From IMG/VR virus record IMGVR_UViG_3300021400_000025, positions 278,479-342,478 of that record: a DNA stretch of 64,000 nt. The stretch is one strand, 5' to 3'. Below are positions 10,329 through 22,417 of this stretch, piece after piece (the first letter of the stretch is position 1; each line of letters begins with the position of its first letter). The notes beneath the pieces were generated by a model, which was not told the origin of the DNA, searched no databases, and saw nothing but the letters and a program-made list of their open reading frames with translations. Origin of the DNA: a virus (Duplodnaviria > Heunggongvirae > Uroviricota > Caudoviricetes). Both the position numbers and the translations under genes were made by a program.

Positions 10329-10377
10329 GTTGATTCTCCTATGTATGGTTGTCCATAGGTGTATTTACCAACATGAA

Positions 10378-11199
10378 TCAGAAATTGGGAATGTCAACAT
10401 TCATGGCTTTCAACGCATCCTGCCGCTTCTTCCAATCTGCCAGAATCAAGTCCTTGAAGGGGTTGAACTTGTCCCCAATTTCATGGAACTGGCAACCAGA
10501 CTCGGCATGGAAATGGCAGATGAACTTGCGGAACTTGGCATCTGGCTCCACAAAGCCACCTTCCTTGAGGATATGCTCGTATAGGGACAACTGAAGACCA
10601 TAGAGGTTGTATTCGCAATCAGGAAGGGTGTCAATGGGCGAGAGGAATGTGTCGCCCCACTCGTTGTCCATCCTGATTCGCTTGTTGGTCTTCCAGTCAA
10701 TCAGTAGATAATCCCCAGTGTCCTTATGGCGTCCGATGAGGTCTATCGTGCCAGCCACATTGATTACTGGATCAAAGATGATTTTCTCCGACTCGTAATC
10801 GTAGGGACGTTCCTTCATCTTCTTGACAACTGCTTCAATCTGCTTGAACACAACCTGCTGCTCCGGGGTGAAGGTGGAATCGTCAACGAAATCCCCATTG
10901 AAGATGCGCTCGGCAACGCTGTGCATCCTTGTGCCGTGCTTGCAGGCAGTCTTGTTGATTTTCGCCCATCTGTCCTTGATTTCCTGCTGGGTCACGCCCT
11001 CCTTCTTGGCGCACAGCATGGACATTCCCTCAAGGTCAAAGGGCTTCTGGTACTTGTGGATTAGGGTTGTGACTGAAATGGGCTTGTACTTGAGCTGCTG
11101 CTCCTTATCGAACACCTTGTACACATGCCCACCCTCGTTGAACTGAACTGTCAAGCCATTGTGCTTGATTTCCGACTTCTTCTCTGAACTTACTGCCAT
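10378..11199 (-). CDS. PD-(D/E)XK (Cas4/RecB-like) exonuclease
   Basis: ISVTTLI, GTRMH, SEKII, VAGTIDLI, LIDWKTN, YGLQLSLY motifs. Confidence 0.8.
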   Translation of the reverse strand: MAVSSEKKSEIKHNGLTVQFNEGGHVYKVFDKEQQLKYKPISVTTLIHKYQKPFDLEGMSMLCAKKEGVTQQEIKDRWAKINKTACKHGTRMHSVAERIFNGDFVDDSTFTPEQQVVFKQIEAVVKKMKERPYDYESEKIIFDPVINVAGTIDLIGRHKDTGDYLLIDWKTNKRIRMDNEWGDTFLSPIDTLPDCEYNLYGLQLSLYEHILKEGGFVEPDAKFRKFICHFHAESGCQFHEIGDKFNPFKDLILADWKKRQDALKAMNVDIPNF

Positions 11200-11203
11200 T
11201 TTG

Positions 11204-11902
11204 TCATGCTGCCTTTCTTTTCTTGTATTTGATTCCATATCGCTCAAGGATTTCAACCGCTTCGGAGAACTGACGATGCGATTCCGAGGTTTCCTTGTCA
11301 TCCTTCTCCATTTGCTCCTGGATGTTTCTTATCCTCTCTTTTACGTTCTCAATGCCACATGCATTGATTCCCACACCCCGCATTTCATCATCGAAGTCGA
11401 TTATGTCGCGGACTTTTTCATCGAACTCGATGCCTTCGTTCAAGTCATGGATTGAATCTGGATATTTCAACGCAATGGACAACGCCACGCCATAGTCTCG
11501 GAAGAACTTCCATGCGTTGCTGTTGAAGTACATTTTGCAGGAAGGGCGAACGATATCCTCATTCACATCATGGGCAAATCCACTGATGAACGCATGTCCA
11601 TTTCGGCCAACAACCTTGTCGTGGAAATTGGTTCCGACAGTCAACTTCTTGAGCGTTTCATAGGGAATTGGAACTACTGTTGAAGTCTTGTCCAACCACC
11701 CTCCATTGAGCAGTTGAAAGACCTCAACAAGAATGTCCTTCTTGTCTTCCATGTTCTGGTGCATCACAACGCCAAACTTGCTCACGTAGTTGAGGTTCTT
11801 GAAGGAAGTCCCATACGAAGTTGGAATCCCATACGCGCCTTTCCTGTATCCAGGAAAGGTTGTTGCGTTGAACTTTGAACATTTTACTCTCAAAAGAGAC
11901 AT
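11204..11902 (-). CDS. Hypothetical protein
   Basis: AGGAG SD; promoter TTTACG-N17-TATACT at 11923-11951. Confidence 0.65.
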   Translation of the reverse strand: MSLLRVKCSKFNATTFPGYRKGAYGIPTSYGTSFKNLNYVSKFGVVMHQNMEDKKDILVEVFQLLNGGWLDKTSTVVPIPYETLKKLTVGTNFHDKVVGRNGHAFISGFAHDVNEDIVRPSCKMYFNSNAWKFFRDYGVALSIALKYPDSIHDLNEGIEFDEKVRDIIDFDDEMRGVGINACGIENVKERIRNIQEQMEKDDKETSESHRQFSEAVEILERYGIKYKKRKAA

Positions 11903-11959
11903 GACTTCTTCTCCTGTATTGCAGTATACGTTTTTGTTCGGGATTCGTAAACAGCCAAA

Positions 11960-12718
11960 TCAGATCTCAACCTCTATTCCATACTTGCTGGACATCAGAT
12001 TCATGGCATCTGCCGCCTTGTCAAGAATCTCCTGATACTTCTTCTCGAAATCGGCGAGATCGCCGTGCGCCTTTTCGAGGCGTTCAAGCATGCGCTTCTT
12101 GCTGCTTGACATGTCAGCTTCATCCAAGGATATTGAAAATGAAACCTTGGCAATGGTGCGCAATGCATCACGAATGGCGTTGGTGTCTTCCATGGTGTAT
12201 TCGTGGTTGGGATAATGGACGAGAGCAATTGCGATGTTGTATTTCATTTCATATACCATCTTCCCAAGGAAGGAGTAATTGATGGAATCCACTGAAATCG
12301 ATCCAAGCATATTCCTCAGCCACCGAGTGTTGTACTTGAACATGAAATGCCCATCCACAACATCAATCTTGGTATTGCTCCTCCATGCAGGTTCTCTGGA
12401 AACCGTGTCGTAGAAGTTCCATTCCCCATCCTTGTTCTTGAACAACTTCTCAAGAACCTTGGGTGGAACAGGATGCCAACCATCTGTGGCATTGTCATCT
12501 CCTCTGATTCGATATATAAGTTCAAAGGTGGTTTCATCCTTGTTCGTGTTCATGGCATATATGTAATCCACCATGACTCTAGTGTCCTCATCCACGTTCA
12601 CAGACACATTATTCTGAAACAAATATGACTTGAACCTGCTCTCATCAAGATGCAGGGCCATAGGTATATTGTGAAAATGGTTGATTCTCCACTGGTTATG
12701 GTAAGTGTAATATGACAT
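11960..12718 (-). CDS. Hypothetical protein
   Basis: Start refined to MSYYTY downstream of promoter TTTACA-N17-TATAAT (12747-12775). Confidence 0.65.
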   Translation of the reverse strand: MSYYTYHNQWRINHFHNIPMALHLDESRFKSYLFQNNVSVNVDEDTRVMVDYIYAMNTNKDETTFELIYRIRGDDNATDGWHPVPPKVLEKLFKNKDGEWNFYDTVSREPAWRSNTKIDVVDGHFMFKYNTRWLRNMLGSISVDSINYSFLGKMVYEMKYNIAIALVHYPNHEYTMEDTNAIRDALRTIAKVSFSISLDEADMSSSKKRMLERLEKAHGDLADFEKKYQEILDKAADAMNLMSSKYGIEVEI

Positions 12719-12821
12719 TTCCTGTTGCCCTTCAAAGACTACACATATTATACCACATTTTCCTTCAGTTGTAAAGGGGGTTATGGAAATGGTATAATTA
12801 GGTCTAGGAAGGAAATCACGG

Positions 12822-13082
12822 ATGGTTGTACTCACAATCTACACAAATGAATACGATTCAAGGGAAGACATAGTTGGGAATGGAATGTCAGGAAAGGTGT
12901 TTCTGGAAGGTTCTGGAACAGGCAGGGAATTCAAGACAGTTGATGAAGCATTGGATCATTGCGTTGAACATGGAATCAACATAGACCAATTGGCAATCAT
13001 GTACCTTTCTGCTGATGGGGGGCAGAAGTTCATGCGTTTCGCCGCTTTGACCCACGAAATTGGTAAATAGGAGTTGCCATGA
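12822..13082 (+). CDS. Hypothetical protein; TAG at 13068 reads through to a TGA overlapping the next ATG
   Basis: TATAAT and AGGAAGG upstream; readthrough ends at ATGA 13079-13082. Confidence 0.55.
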
Positions 13083-14032
13083 AGATACTGAACCAAAACA
13101 TCTCAGATTCCACAGACCTCGCAATTGAGACCACTAAGGTTTCTGCATTGCCGGAGGCTGATACCCTTCCAGGAGACTCCTTCATCCACATTGTGTATGG
13201 GGGCAACACCTCCCGAAAGATGAAAATCGACACCTTCAACGACAAGGTATATGAAGCTGTCCAGAACAACTTCAAGGTGGATTACAACGATCTGCATGCA
13301 CATGAAGATGAAGATGAAGATATATGGTCGTTCAAGAAATTGAGTGAATACATCAATGGGGACAGCAGGTTCGTGATTGATGATTTCAATCCCACAGACA
13401 CAAAATCCACCTTCGTCGAACATGTCAACTATGACTTTGATATATTGAGAAGATACATGGTCAAGCGGGCAGAGGGTCTGGACAGCAGCTTCAACAATCT
13501 CCAGAATGAAATGCGTGAACTTGATTGCCGGTTCTCGTCCAACATGTCTCTTCATACAACAGACGAAAACAACAACGACACCACAGACTCTGTATGGCAC
13601 AAAAAGACAGAAAACGACACTTATTGCCAGATGCAGATACAAGTGGGGAACAACATCTCCAACGAATGGACGACCAATGCTTCTGGAATGCTGGTTGTTG
13701 TTGGATGGCTGGATTCAACCAAGTCCTTGAACAACAAGGCAATACCATCATCCTTCTGCTGCATTGAGGGCAAGATAGATGGTGATTGGGAGGTTTTGGG
13801 GGTTCAGACCGTGATTCCAGCGAAAACGATGTCATATGTGGGATTCACCATCCCAGTGAATAGTGGGTTGACGATACGCGCAAGAACTGGCTTCTTCGTT
13901 GAGGCAAAGTCAGGTCAATTCTCCCAGGAGCAGGATGGATTCAACACCCTCTCCAACAGCACGCCCAATGGATTCAAGTGCATGATATACTCCAATCAAA
14001 CAAGTAAAAGTGAAAGTGAAGGTGAACAATGA
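13079..14032 (+). CDS. Putative virion (tail fibre/appendage-like) protein
   Basis: Late promoter GGTAAATA 13062-13069; beta-rich C-terminus (WTTNASGMLVVVG..FTIPVNSG). Confidence 0.5.
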   Translation: MKILNQNISDSTDLAIETTKVSALPEADTLPGDSFIHIVYGGNTSRKMKIDTFNDKVYEAVQNNFKVDYNDLHAHEDEDEDIWSFKKLSEYINGDSRFVIDDFNPTDTKSTFVEHVNYDFDILRRYMVKRAEGLDSSFNNLQNEMRELDCRFSSNMSLHTTDENNNDTTDSVWHKKTENDTYCQMQIQVGNNISNEWTTNASGMLVVVGWLDSTKSLNNKAIPSSFCCIEGKIDGDWEVLGVQTVIPAKTMSYVGFTIPVNSGLTIRARTGFFVEAKSGQFSQEQDGFNTLSNSTPNGFKCMIYSNQTSKSESEGEQ

Positions 14033-14454
14033 CTTTGCTCGACAAGGTGACTGAATCATCAAACAAGCCAAACACGAAGAATAATGAGCATGAAGACAAT
14101 CACCAGAAAAAGCAAGACAATGGTTTTGCCGATTCTGAATCCTCTGCCATTTTGAACACTGTCGAAAGCCAATTCCAGAAGATGATGTCTGAATTCAACG
14201 CGATTGGTGGATTCAGTGTCGATACAGGAGAGCAAGCAGTGGACACCATGATAGAGCTGCTTTCTGGAAAGGAAGTTGCCGTGTCAATAGCGGTTCTGCT
14301 TTCCTACATCAGATATTGCGTCAACCATGGAATCAAGAAGGACATCACCCTCAAGATTGGCTACAACAAGCCCCCGGCCATCCCAATGAACTTCGCCATC
14401 AACGAAGAACTTCTTGGGGACATATACCCAGGCGATGTCGTTGAAATAAATTGA
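14029..14454 (+). CDS. Hypothetical late protein (MTLLDKVTES...)
   Basis: ATGA-coupled to the upstream gene. Confidence 0.6.
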   Translation: MTLLDKVTESSNKPNTKNNEHEDNHQKKQDNGFADSESSAILNTVESQFQKMMSEFNAIGGFSVDTGEQAVDTMIELLSGKEVAVSIAVLLSYIRYCVNHGIKKDITLKIGYNKPPAIPMNFAINEELLGDIYPGDVVEIN

Positions 14455-14462
14455 ACTGCGCA

Positions 14463-17400
14463 TCATTCAACTGGCGCATTGACGTTCTGCACTTCCTCAT
14501 TGTATGCCAAGGTGGATGACTGTGACATTTCTTCCATCTTCTGCGCCAACATGAATTCCTTCATGTACTGGACTTCATTGGAGAATGCGCCCAAGAATTG
14601 CTGCAAAGTGGGATTGCTTGCATCGACTCCACTTATCTTCAGTTCAATGATTGCGTCCTTCAACTGCTTGATGCTGGTTATGGGTTCACCCTTGTATTCC
14701 AGACCTGTGTCGCGCAACTTTCCATCATCGTTGTCCATCACCTGGGCATATGCTGCCTTTGTGAGATTGGATTCACTTTTCCAGAACCTGGCCACTATGT
14801 CTTGACGCACCTTCCTCTGCTCCTCTCTGTCCAACTCGGATTTCTGCTCTTGCGCCAATTCCTTCTTCTCATCTTCTCCTCCTCCTTCGGATGTGTTCTC
14901 CTTGGATACATCTGAATCCAGTCTGGTGAACTTCAACGACAACTGGCTTATGAACAGTTCATACAATGTGTTGCCATTCAACATGTTGTCCAACTTGGTG
15001 AAGTCGAATACATCATCGTCGGATAGATGGAAAAGGTTGGTCTTGTTGATGTTGAAGCTCTGGTTCTTGTCCCTTGCGGCGTCAACATCCATTTGAAGAA
15101 GGTTCAGCTTGCGCACAATCTTGTATATGGTGTCAAAGTCATCGCACGAACAATTCTTGAACCACATCATGAGCGTTTCCATCTCCTGCACAACAAAGTC
15201 CAGAACCACCACTCTGAAGAACCAGTCTGGATGGTTGAGGATGCCATACTCGTCAACCTTGCGGAGATCGCGTATCTTCTCCTCGAAGTATCTCTTCTTC
15301 TCCTGGGATGTGAGGAACTGCAATTTGTCCTTCTCATATGAGTTCATTATCTTCTCGTTCCACACTTGTTGGAAGATTCTAGGTGTCACTGTCCGTCTTT
15401 TCACGGACACCGCCTTGTCATGCTCGTCATAGGCGGATTGGAGAAGATCGGTGTCAATCTGAATGGCTTCGTCGGCCAATCCATCGCGCTCCTCCAACAA
15501 ATCATGGATTTCGTCCTGAAGACGAACCTTCTTCACAAGAAGATCATCCCTCTGGGACAAGTTGGTCTCGTTGGACAACTGCTTGTCCAATTCAACCATG
15601 TTGGACACCTTGTTGTCGATGGCAGATTGAACCTTGCGCAAATCACGAAGATTGCGTCCATATTGCTTCACCAGAATCTGTCGGTAGTCTGGCTCTATGG
15701 TGGTGTACAGCTCGTCTGTGGCTGGGGTCTTGTACCACAGGTTGTTGCTTTCCGCGTTGTACAGTCTCTTCAACAACTTCTTCGTCTCGCGCACCGTCCT
15801 CTTGGACTTGCGCATGGTGTTGACAACACTGTCTGTGTTTACGGCCAAATCTCCAAATTGGGACTTGATGCGTTCAAGCCGCTTGTTGTATGTGGCTTCC
15901 AAGAAGTTCTCCTGTACGTTCTGCGTGTCATCCTCGTTGTCCATGTCGTCCATCAAGTCAGAGACTGCCTTGGAGAACATCCTGGTGGTTGGATTGGTTG
16001 GATTAGTGGTTGAATTGGTGGATGGAACGGTTGAAGCTGCGGATTGTTCATTTGTCCCAGAGCCAGGAGTTGCCACATCACCTGCAGTTGAATCTGCAGG
16101 ATTCTTGAAAAGGTTTTTGTATGGTGTTAGATCCGGTTGAAGTCTGCTCTCCTTCCCACCTTCATCCTTCCCATATCCTTCATATCCCGTCATCTTGACA
16201 TAGTATTGGAACACAGAGGAGTTCATGTTGTTGTCAAGACAGCTCTTGAAGGTGATGGAGAGCTTATATCCATCGGGGATGACCTCAGTCTTCTCATCAT
16301 GTGGCTGCTGCATCTGCGCGACTCGGCCATCAGACGACCCTATCCTCCATGTGGCTCCTTGTACGCCCGCATCATCGAAGAACTTGCTTGGTGGATGTCT
16401 GTTCAAGCCAAGTGGAGACAACTCGAAGCTTCCAGTGCACATCAAATGCCGCTGACCTGTTGGAAGCCACAGTTCATACAACGCGCCGGGGAAGTTCATT
16501 ATGGCCTTCTGCATGGAGCGGTTGTTGTGGATGATGGTGTTCACGCACATGTAGTTGTTCCTTGCCTTGAGCGCATTGTCGTTGATTAGCATCAAGTCCA
16601 TCTTGAAAGAGGGCTTCTCTCCCTTTGGACCATTCCACGTTGGCGCTGGGAAAAGGTCTCCAACTGGCCGCGCCATGGACCCAGTGAGTCCTGATGCCAT
16701 GCCACCAATCATCTCCACGACATGCCCCAGACTCTTCCGCAGACCTTGTAGAAATCCACCATTCTCATCTCCCCATTCTGGCTCGTTGGACGATTGGTTG
16801 ATGACGGTTCCCTCATCCACTATGTATGGGAATATGTAGGTGTTGCCATATAGACGTTTCCTCAATCCCACATACAGAATGTATGGCAAATCTATGACTG
16901 CCGCCTGAGGAGTGGGGAATTCCTGGAACACCGACTTAATCTTGTTCATCAATGTGGTGGCCTTGTCCTTGAGGCTTGACGATGTGGTGGATTGCGCATC
17001 CACTTGCGTGTTCTCGGTGGTCGAATCCTCTGGCGAAGTGAATGCTTCCTTCACCAAACCACCAATCTTCTGCACGAAGTTCACCATGGTGTCCACCTGG
17101 TTCTTGAAGAAGAACTCCTTCACCACTATGTACGGCACTTTGTCCAACATGTCATCCATTGAATCCAAAGCCTGGAACGAAGCTGGTGTTATCGCTATCT
17201 GTGGATACTGTTGCTTTGCGTCAAATGGTCTGAACGAATATATGGTCCATTCTGAGTTGATGTGTCCATATGGATTGAAGAGCTGTTGGTCGCCATCGCG
17301 CATCAAGAACATCAGATTGTCCTTGGCGGATTTCTCCAATTTCGTGGCAGCAGGCCAGCCATTCCACCCCAAGTACGACTCGTTGGATTCCTTGATGTCC

Positions 17401-19298
17401 ATCTTCGACGAGTACGCCATTGGACTCTCCCATCCCATTGGGGTTGAGACCTCCTCTTCTGGACGGGTGGGCTTGGCGTTTGGCGCTGTGGATGGAGCTG
17501 TGGATGGGGGTGGCTCGTCTGGTTCCTCATTTGTCTCATCTCCCCCTTCTCCTTTTCCTTCACCGCCATCATTATCATTATCTGGATCATCGACACCTTC
17601 TTGTGGGTTGAACACATTCTCCCAGAAGTTCAAATCTTCGGTGGGATCGTATGGCTCATCTTCATCATCTTCTGGAAGTTCCCAGTCCTCGTTCCAGTCC
17701 TCTCCATCTTCAGTCCAATCCTCGTCCCAATTCTCCTCGTCCAATTCGTTCTCTGCGTCATCAACCTCCTCCATCAATTCCTGCATGTCGTCGTCATACT
17801 CCTCTATGACCCCATCCACATCGTCCATTGTGTCGCCAAACAAATCCTCTGCGGAATCAGAAGCAGAATCCATCAATCCATCTGCGATGTTGGACATCAT
17901 GTCCATTGCTCCTTCGGCGAGGCCAACCGCAGTGTCCATCACCGCACCTGCCAAATCTCCTGTGGCCGACAAGGCATCTCCTGCGAAATCAGCAAGTCCT
18001 TGCGCAACATCCCCCGCGCCCTCAACCGCACCTGACGCCAAATCCCCTATGGTGTCCATCAGAGAGCCACCAATGTCCGTGGCAGCATCAAGCACAGAGC
18101 CAGCCATGCCCGACGCGTTGTCAAGTATGCTGCTTCCAACAGAAGACGCACCATCCAACAACGAACCAACAGTGTTGAAGGTGGCATCTGCCATGCCAGA
18201 CGCAACTTGAGAGGCTGAATCCAAAATGCCACTGGCAAGTGATCCACAGTTGTCCGCCAATCCTCCCAGAAGATTGGTTGCCGCGCCAACAGCGCTCTAG
18301 CCAGTGGCCAACGCAGACTTGCCTGCATCCACCGCCTGCCCAAACAACCCACCTGCGCCTGCTTCGCCTGTCCCAGTAGGAGCCTTTGAGCCGAATATCC
18401 CCTGCATCAAGCCGGATGCGGCATCTCCAACAAGGTTGGACGCGACATTCGCAGCCTGACCCACCAACCCCTTCGCCAAGCCAGTGGCTGTGGAAAGCAA
18501 CCCACCTTGTCCATTGCTCCCATTCACAATCTGATTCACGCCAGAAAGAAGACTGGATGCCGTGGATTGCGCCCCTGACATCAAGGAGTTCGCGCATGAA
18601 GTTGCTTGGTTCAACATCCCTGAAATCCCCCCACTTGAGGAACCTTTGCCACCACCCAATATGTTGGAAGTCAGATTCTTGGCGATGGAGGTTCCTGCGC
18701 CACATATTGTGTTCATCGCGCCAGATACCGTGGATGTGAGGGAACTTGCCATGTTGGAGGCTTGCCCCAAGACAGAACTTGATGTGCTTTTCGTGGTGTC
18801 GATCAGATTCTTCGCAGTGTTGTTGGTGGTGTTCAACAAGGACTTCGATACCCCACTGGCAGTGGTCATCATTGTCTTCGCCACAGAAGATGTTGTCCCC
18901 AAAATGCTTGTGGTTATTGGAACTGCAGTTCCTGCGATTGAAGACACGCTGTTTGCCAGACCATGTCCAATGCTCCCCACAAGATTCCCCAATGAGCTTT
19001 TGGATGCGCTGGTGGTTCCATCCCTCTCAATTTCAGCCTTGGCGAGAAGAGAGTCCTTCCGCATCGCCATCAACCTTCCAGATGCTTCCTGGGCAGTGCG
19101 CATCATCTTGCTTGTCTGGCTCTCAACATTGGCAAGCATGTCCAATGCCCCCTTGATTCTGGAATCATCCACATCTGGACTGAAATTCCTGGACAAGATG
19201 CTCTCACGCAACGTCCTCAAGCTCTCAATCTTCTTCTTCGCCTCGTCAAATCTTCTCTGTGTATGCTCTTCTCTCATCTTGCACTCCATATCCATCAA
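14463..19298 (-). CDS. Very large (about 1611 aa) putative baseplate/tail protein with amphipathic G/S/A repeats, an acidic tract and coiled coils (one TAG at 18297)
   Basis: Track ORFs 18297-19298 and 14463-18260 join in frame (ALATG[Q]SAVGAATNLLGG). Adjacent to gp25. Central globular region is possibly gp48/tube-like. Confidence 0.7.
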
Positions 19299-19765
19299 AT
19301 TCCCGAAACCTCCCCTTGCACAACTTGGACATCCCCAGCGTCGCGACCACGCACCTGATATGCCACCTTCACCTCTATGGCGTTGGAGAAGCCATCTTGT
19401 CCAGAACCCTCATCTTCGTCCTTGTTCCATGCATCCACCGACAATATCTCCACTCTGGGTTCATTCGTCTCAATCGCCCTCTTCACCTCTTGGCATATCT
19501 GCTCCTTGTTGAAGTCAGTGACCTGAGAATACATGGACTTCTTGAGATTGTGCCCAAATTCTGGACGTATGACGCTCTCCCCAACCCTCCACATCAATAT
19601 GTTCCTTATCGCGGCCTTCACTGCGTCCACATCATACAACATGGGCAATTCATCTGAATATGACTGCATGGAATGTCCATTGATGACATCCACATCAGAA
19701 TAGTGATGCCTGTTCTTGAGCCTCTCGTATGTAGGCGCGTCCAACTTTACCACCAAACTTCCCAT
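19295..19765 (-). CDS. gp25: Baseplate wedge subunit, GPW/gp25 family
   Basis: DVDAVKAAIRNILMWRVGESVIRPEFG...AIETNEPRVEIL, the typical gp25 signature. Confidence 0.85.
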   Translation of the reverse strand: MGSLVVKLDAPTYERLKNRHHYSDVDVINGHSMQSYSDELPMLYDVDAVKAAIRNILMWRVGESVIRPEFGHNLKKSMYSQVTDFNKEQICQEVKRAIETNEPRVEILSVDAWNKDEDEGSGQDGFSNAIEVKVAYQVRGRDAGDVQVVQGEVSGI

Positions 19766-19784
19766 TGTCTCCCATTTACCTCCA

Positions 19785-22322
19785 TCATGCCACCATGCTT
19801 CCCCCACTGGTGTCCACCTTGTCCACCATGTTCACATAGCTTTCCACTGGGGATGGCTTGTTCCCAGATGGCTTTGCGATTCTCTCGACGACCTTGCCGA
19901 ATCCACCCAACGCCTGACCACCCATGTTCGCCACTGTCCCAACAAGTCCACCAACTGCGCCAAGCGAGGACGATATTCCAGACGATGCTGTGTTGATGGC
20001 AGACGCAAGAAGCCCAGACTGCCTTACTTGGTTGGTGGCTTGCGTCATCTGGCGCGCAGCCCCAGACAATGTGTTCAACGATGTGGATGCCACATTGGAA
20101 ATCTTGTTCATCGCACCACCCATCACATTTCCAGCTTGCCCCACCATGTTCCCCATGGCCGAGAAGGAAGCACCCAAGGCGTTGTTCAGAACGCCACCCA
20201 CCAATGATGTGGATTTCTATGCCACATTGGAAACTGAATTCAGTGCGGAAGACGCCAAGCCACCAGTTGCCTGCAGTGCACTGCCAGCGACATTCGCCGC
20301 AGATTGGACAACGCCAAACGCAGTGTTCGTCGCAGACGACGCCAAGCTGCCAAGCGCAGACCCCATTGAGGAGAACAGACTGCCTATGCCACTTCCTCCT
20401 CCTCCTCCACCACCTTCATTCCCTCCAGATGATGTTCCACCAGATGCGCCACTTCCAGACGATGAAGTTGCAGATGAACCACCAAGCATGTTGGACAATC
20501 CCCCAAGCACACTGGATGCCGCCCCACTGACTGCGCCAAGGGCAGAAGATGCAATGCTTCCAGAAGTGTCAAGTGCAGCGCCCAACGTGGATGCTGCTAG
20601 AGACGCCGCAGGGCCGACAACATTCTGCCCCACCGACTGCGCAGCCCCCAATGCAGTGGACGCAAGACCACTTGCAGCGTCAAGGGTGGACGAAGCAACA
20701 TCCCCAGCAACACCAAGGGCAGAAGAAGCCAGACCAGAAGTCGCGTTCGCCACATCAACGGCAGCACCCAAGGCAGATCCAGCCACATCAGACGCCAACC
20801 CCATTCCAGCGTCCATTCCATCGGCAACCCATCCCATTGCCGTGTCTGCTGCGGACGCAATTCCTGACCCAACTTCACCCATTGTATCCATCACAGAGTC
20901 AAAGAACCCCTTCTCCTCATCATCTTCTCCTTCATATCCATCCTCATCGCCCATGTAGTCTTCATCATGCTCGTTGCAATAATCGTCCATGTCTTGGTTG
21001 GAATAATCCTCATCGTCATAGTTGTCAGAACCTTCACCTTCATCTGGAGAATCCTGATAATCATCGAAATCCTCGTCATAGTCCTCTGGAGGTTCATCCC
21101 CATAGTCCTCACTGTCCATGTTCTCGGCTTCATGCTCCATGAGAAGATAATCATCCTCTGGATCATCCCCTGGCATCTCATCATCCCCCAATTCATCAGA
21201 CAAGAAGAAATAGTCCTCTTCATCTTCGTCCGAGTCATAGTCCTCGTCATAGTCCTCCCCTGGCATGTCCCCTTGCTCCTGTTGCGCCATCTCGTTCTCC
21301 AATTCCTCAAGTTCCCTCAGAAGATTTTCATACAGTTCCTGATCCGCTTGCTCCTCTGGGGTGGGTTCATCTGGATTCTCAGGCTCTTGTTGTTCCTCTT
21401 GGCGTTCATCCTCCTCTGGAGGAGTTGGTTGGGGCATGGGCGCGAACAAGAAGGATTTTCGATTGCCCAAGTTCTCAGATGTGGATTTCAAGATGTGCGC
21501 ATCTGAAGTCAGGTCAACCAAGCACATGTCGGCAACCAATGTCAAGCTCCTGAGGATTGTCGTGGGGCCTGCGCCGTTAATGGGAAACGAGTTGTATGAT
21601 GTCGGCTTCACACCCAGGAACTTGTAGGAATAGTATGTATATTCAGCGTCCAGTCTGGACTCCTTCGTCTTCCCTCTGGACGTATATCTCATCCTCGGCC
21701 TCTATACCTCCAGTGTCGCCATTGGATATGGTGTCGCCCACTCAGTGAATGCCTTGTCTGGACGATACCACCAGGGGGAGTTGATGTCCTTCATCCACGG
21801 ATAGAAGATTGCATCCAGAATTGAATACTCGGTGTCAATCATCTAAAGGGTTATGTTGTTGGAGCCGTCCGAAGCATAGGGCGAGAAGGAACCTGCAGTG
21901 GTCTCTCCGAACAGGGTCTTGATCTTCGTGCCATTCGCCGGTTTAATCTCAGGAAGCTGTCCTTCACGCACAAACGGAGTCAAATCCAAGCACCTTTCAT
22001 CCAAGGAGGTGTCCTTCACCCCAGATTGAATGCCACCTTCCTCCCCCCAATAGTTGTAGTTCACAGAATGGAAGTCCACATAAGCCTTTGACAACTGTGG
22101 CTTGTATTCCTCGTCTATATATGGACACTTGATCAACGATCCCATGCTGTCGTGGAACCACAAGAAGACATAGTATTCAGGATCAGTTATGATTGTGTAG
22201 CTGGGCTTCCCCGGCTAATGGAACTTGTCCAAGAACTTGCGAAGACCATCATGGGCATCATCTCCCATGGGGTCTTGAAACGGGTTCAAGGTCATTCTTG
22301 CATTGTTGAATTCCTTTTCCAT
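19785..22322 (-). CDS. Tail-tube-fold (gp54-like) protein with acidic tract and G/S/A amphipathic repeats (845 aa; 4 TAGs)
   Basis: One frame from ATG 22322 through TAGs 22215, 21843, 21702, 20217 to TGA 19785. Late promoter 22351-22358. YSYKFLGVKPTSY tube-like motif. Confidence 0.7.
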
Positions 22323-22369
22323 CTGAAATACCAATCTAAATCGTTATTGGTATTTACCATTTCGTGATG

Positions 22370-22417
22370 TCAAAGACTTTTGGACTCAAAGGCTTTTGGA
22401 CTCAAAGGCTTTTGGAT
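22370..22417. repeat. 3 x 16-bp tandem repeat TCAAAG(G/A)CTTTTGGA(C/T)
   Basis: Copies at 22370, 22386 and 22402; the last copy contains the stop of the upstream gene. Confidence 0.85.

Noticed and set aside
16912-20958. Long plus-strand ORFs (16912-18210, 18562-19512, 19924-20958) and similar antisense ORFs such as 36728-38365 and 52999-53724
   Set aside because: These are antisense shadows of low-complexity or biased-codon genes, with no SD, promoter or recognisable motifs.
10378-22417. CRISPR-Cas system (Cas4-like nuclease and the 16-bp repeats)
   Set aside because: The repeats are contiguous with no spacers and no other cas genes are present. Solo Cas4-like exonucleases are common in phages.
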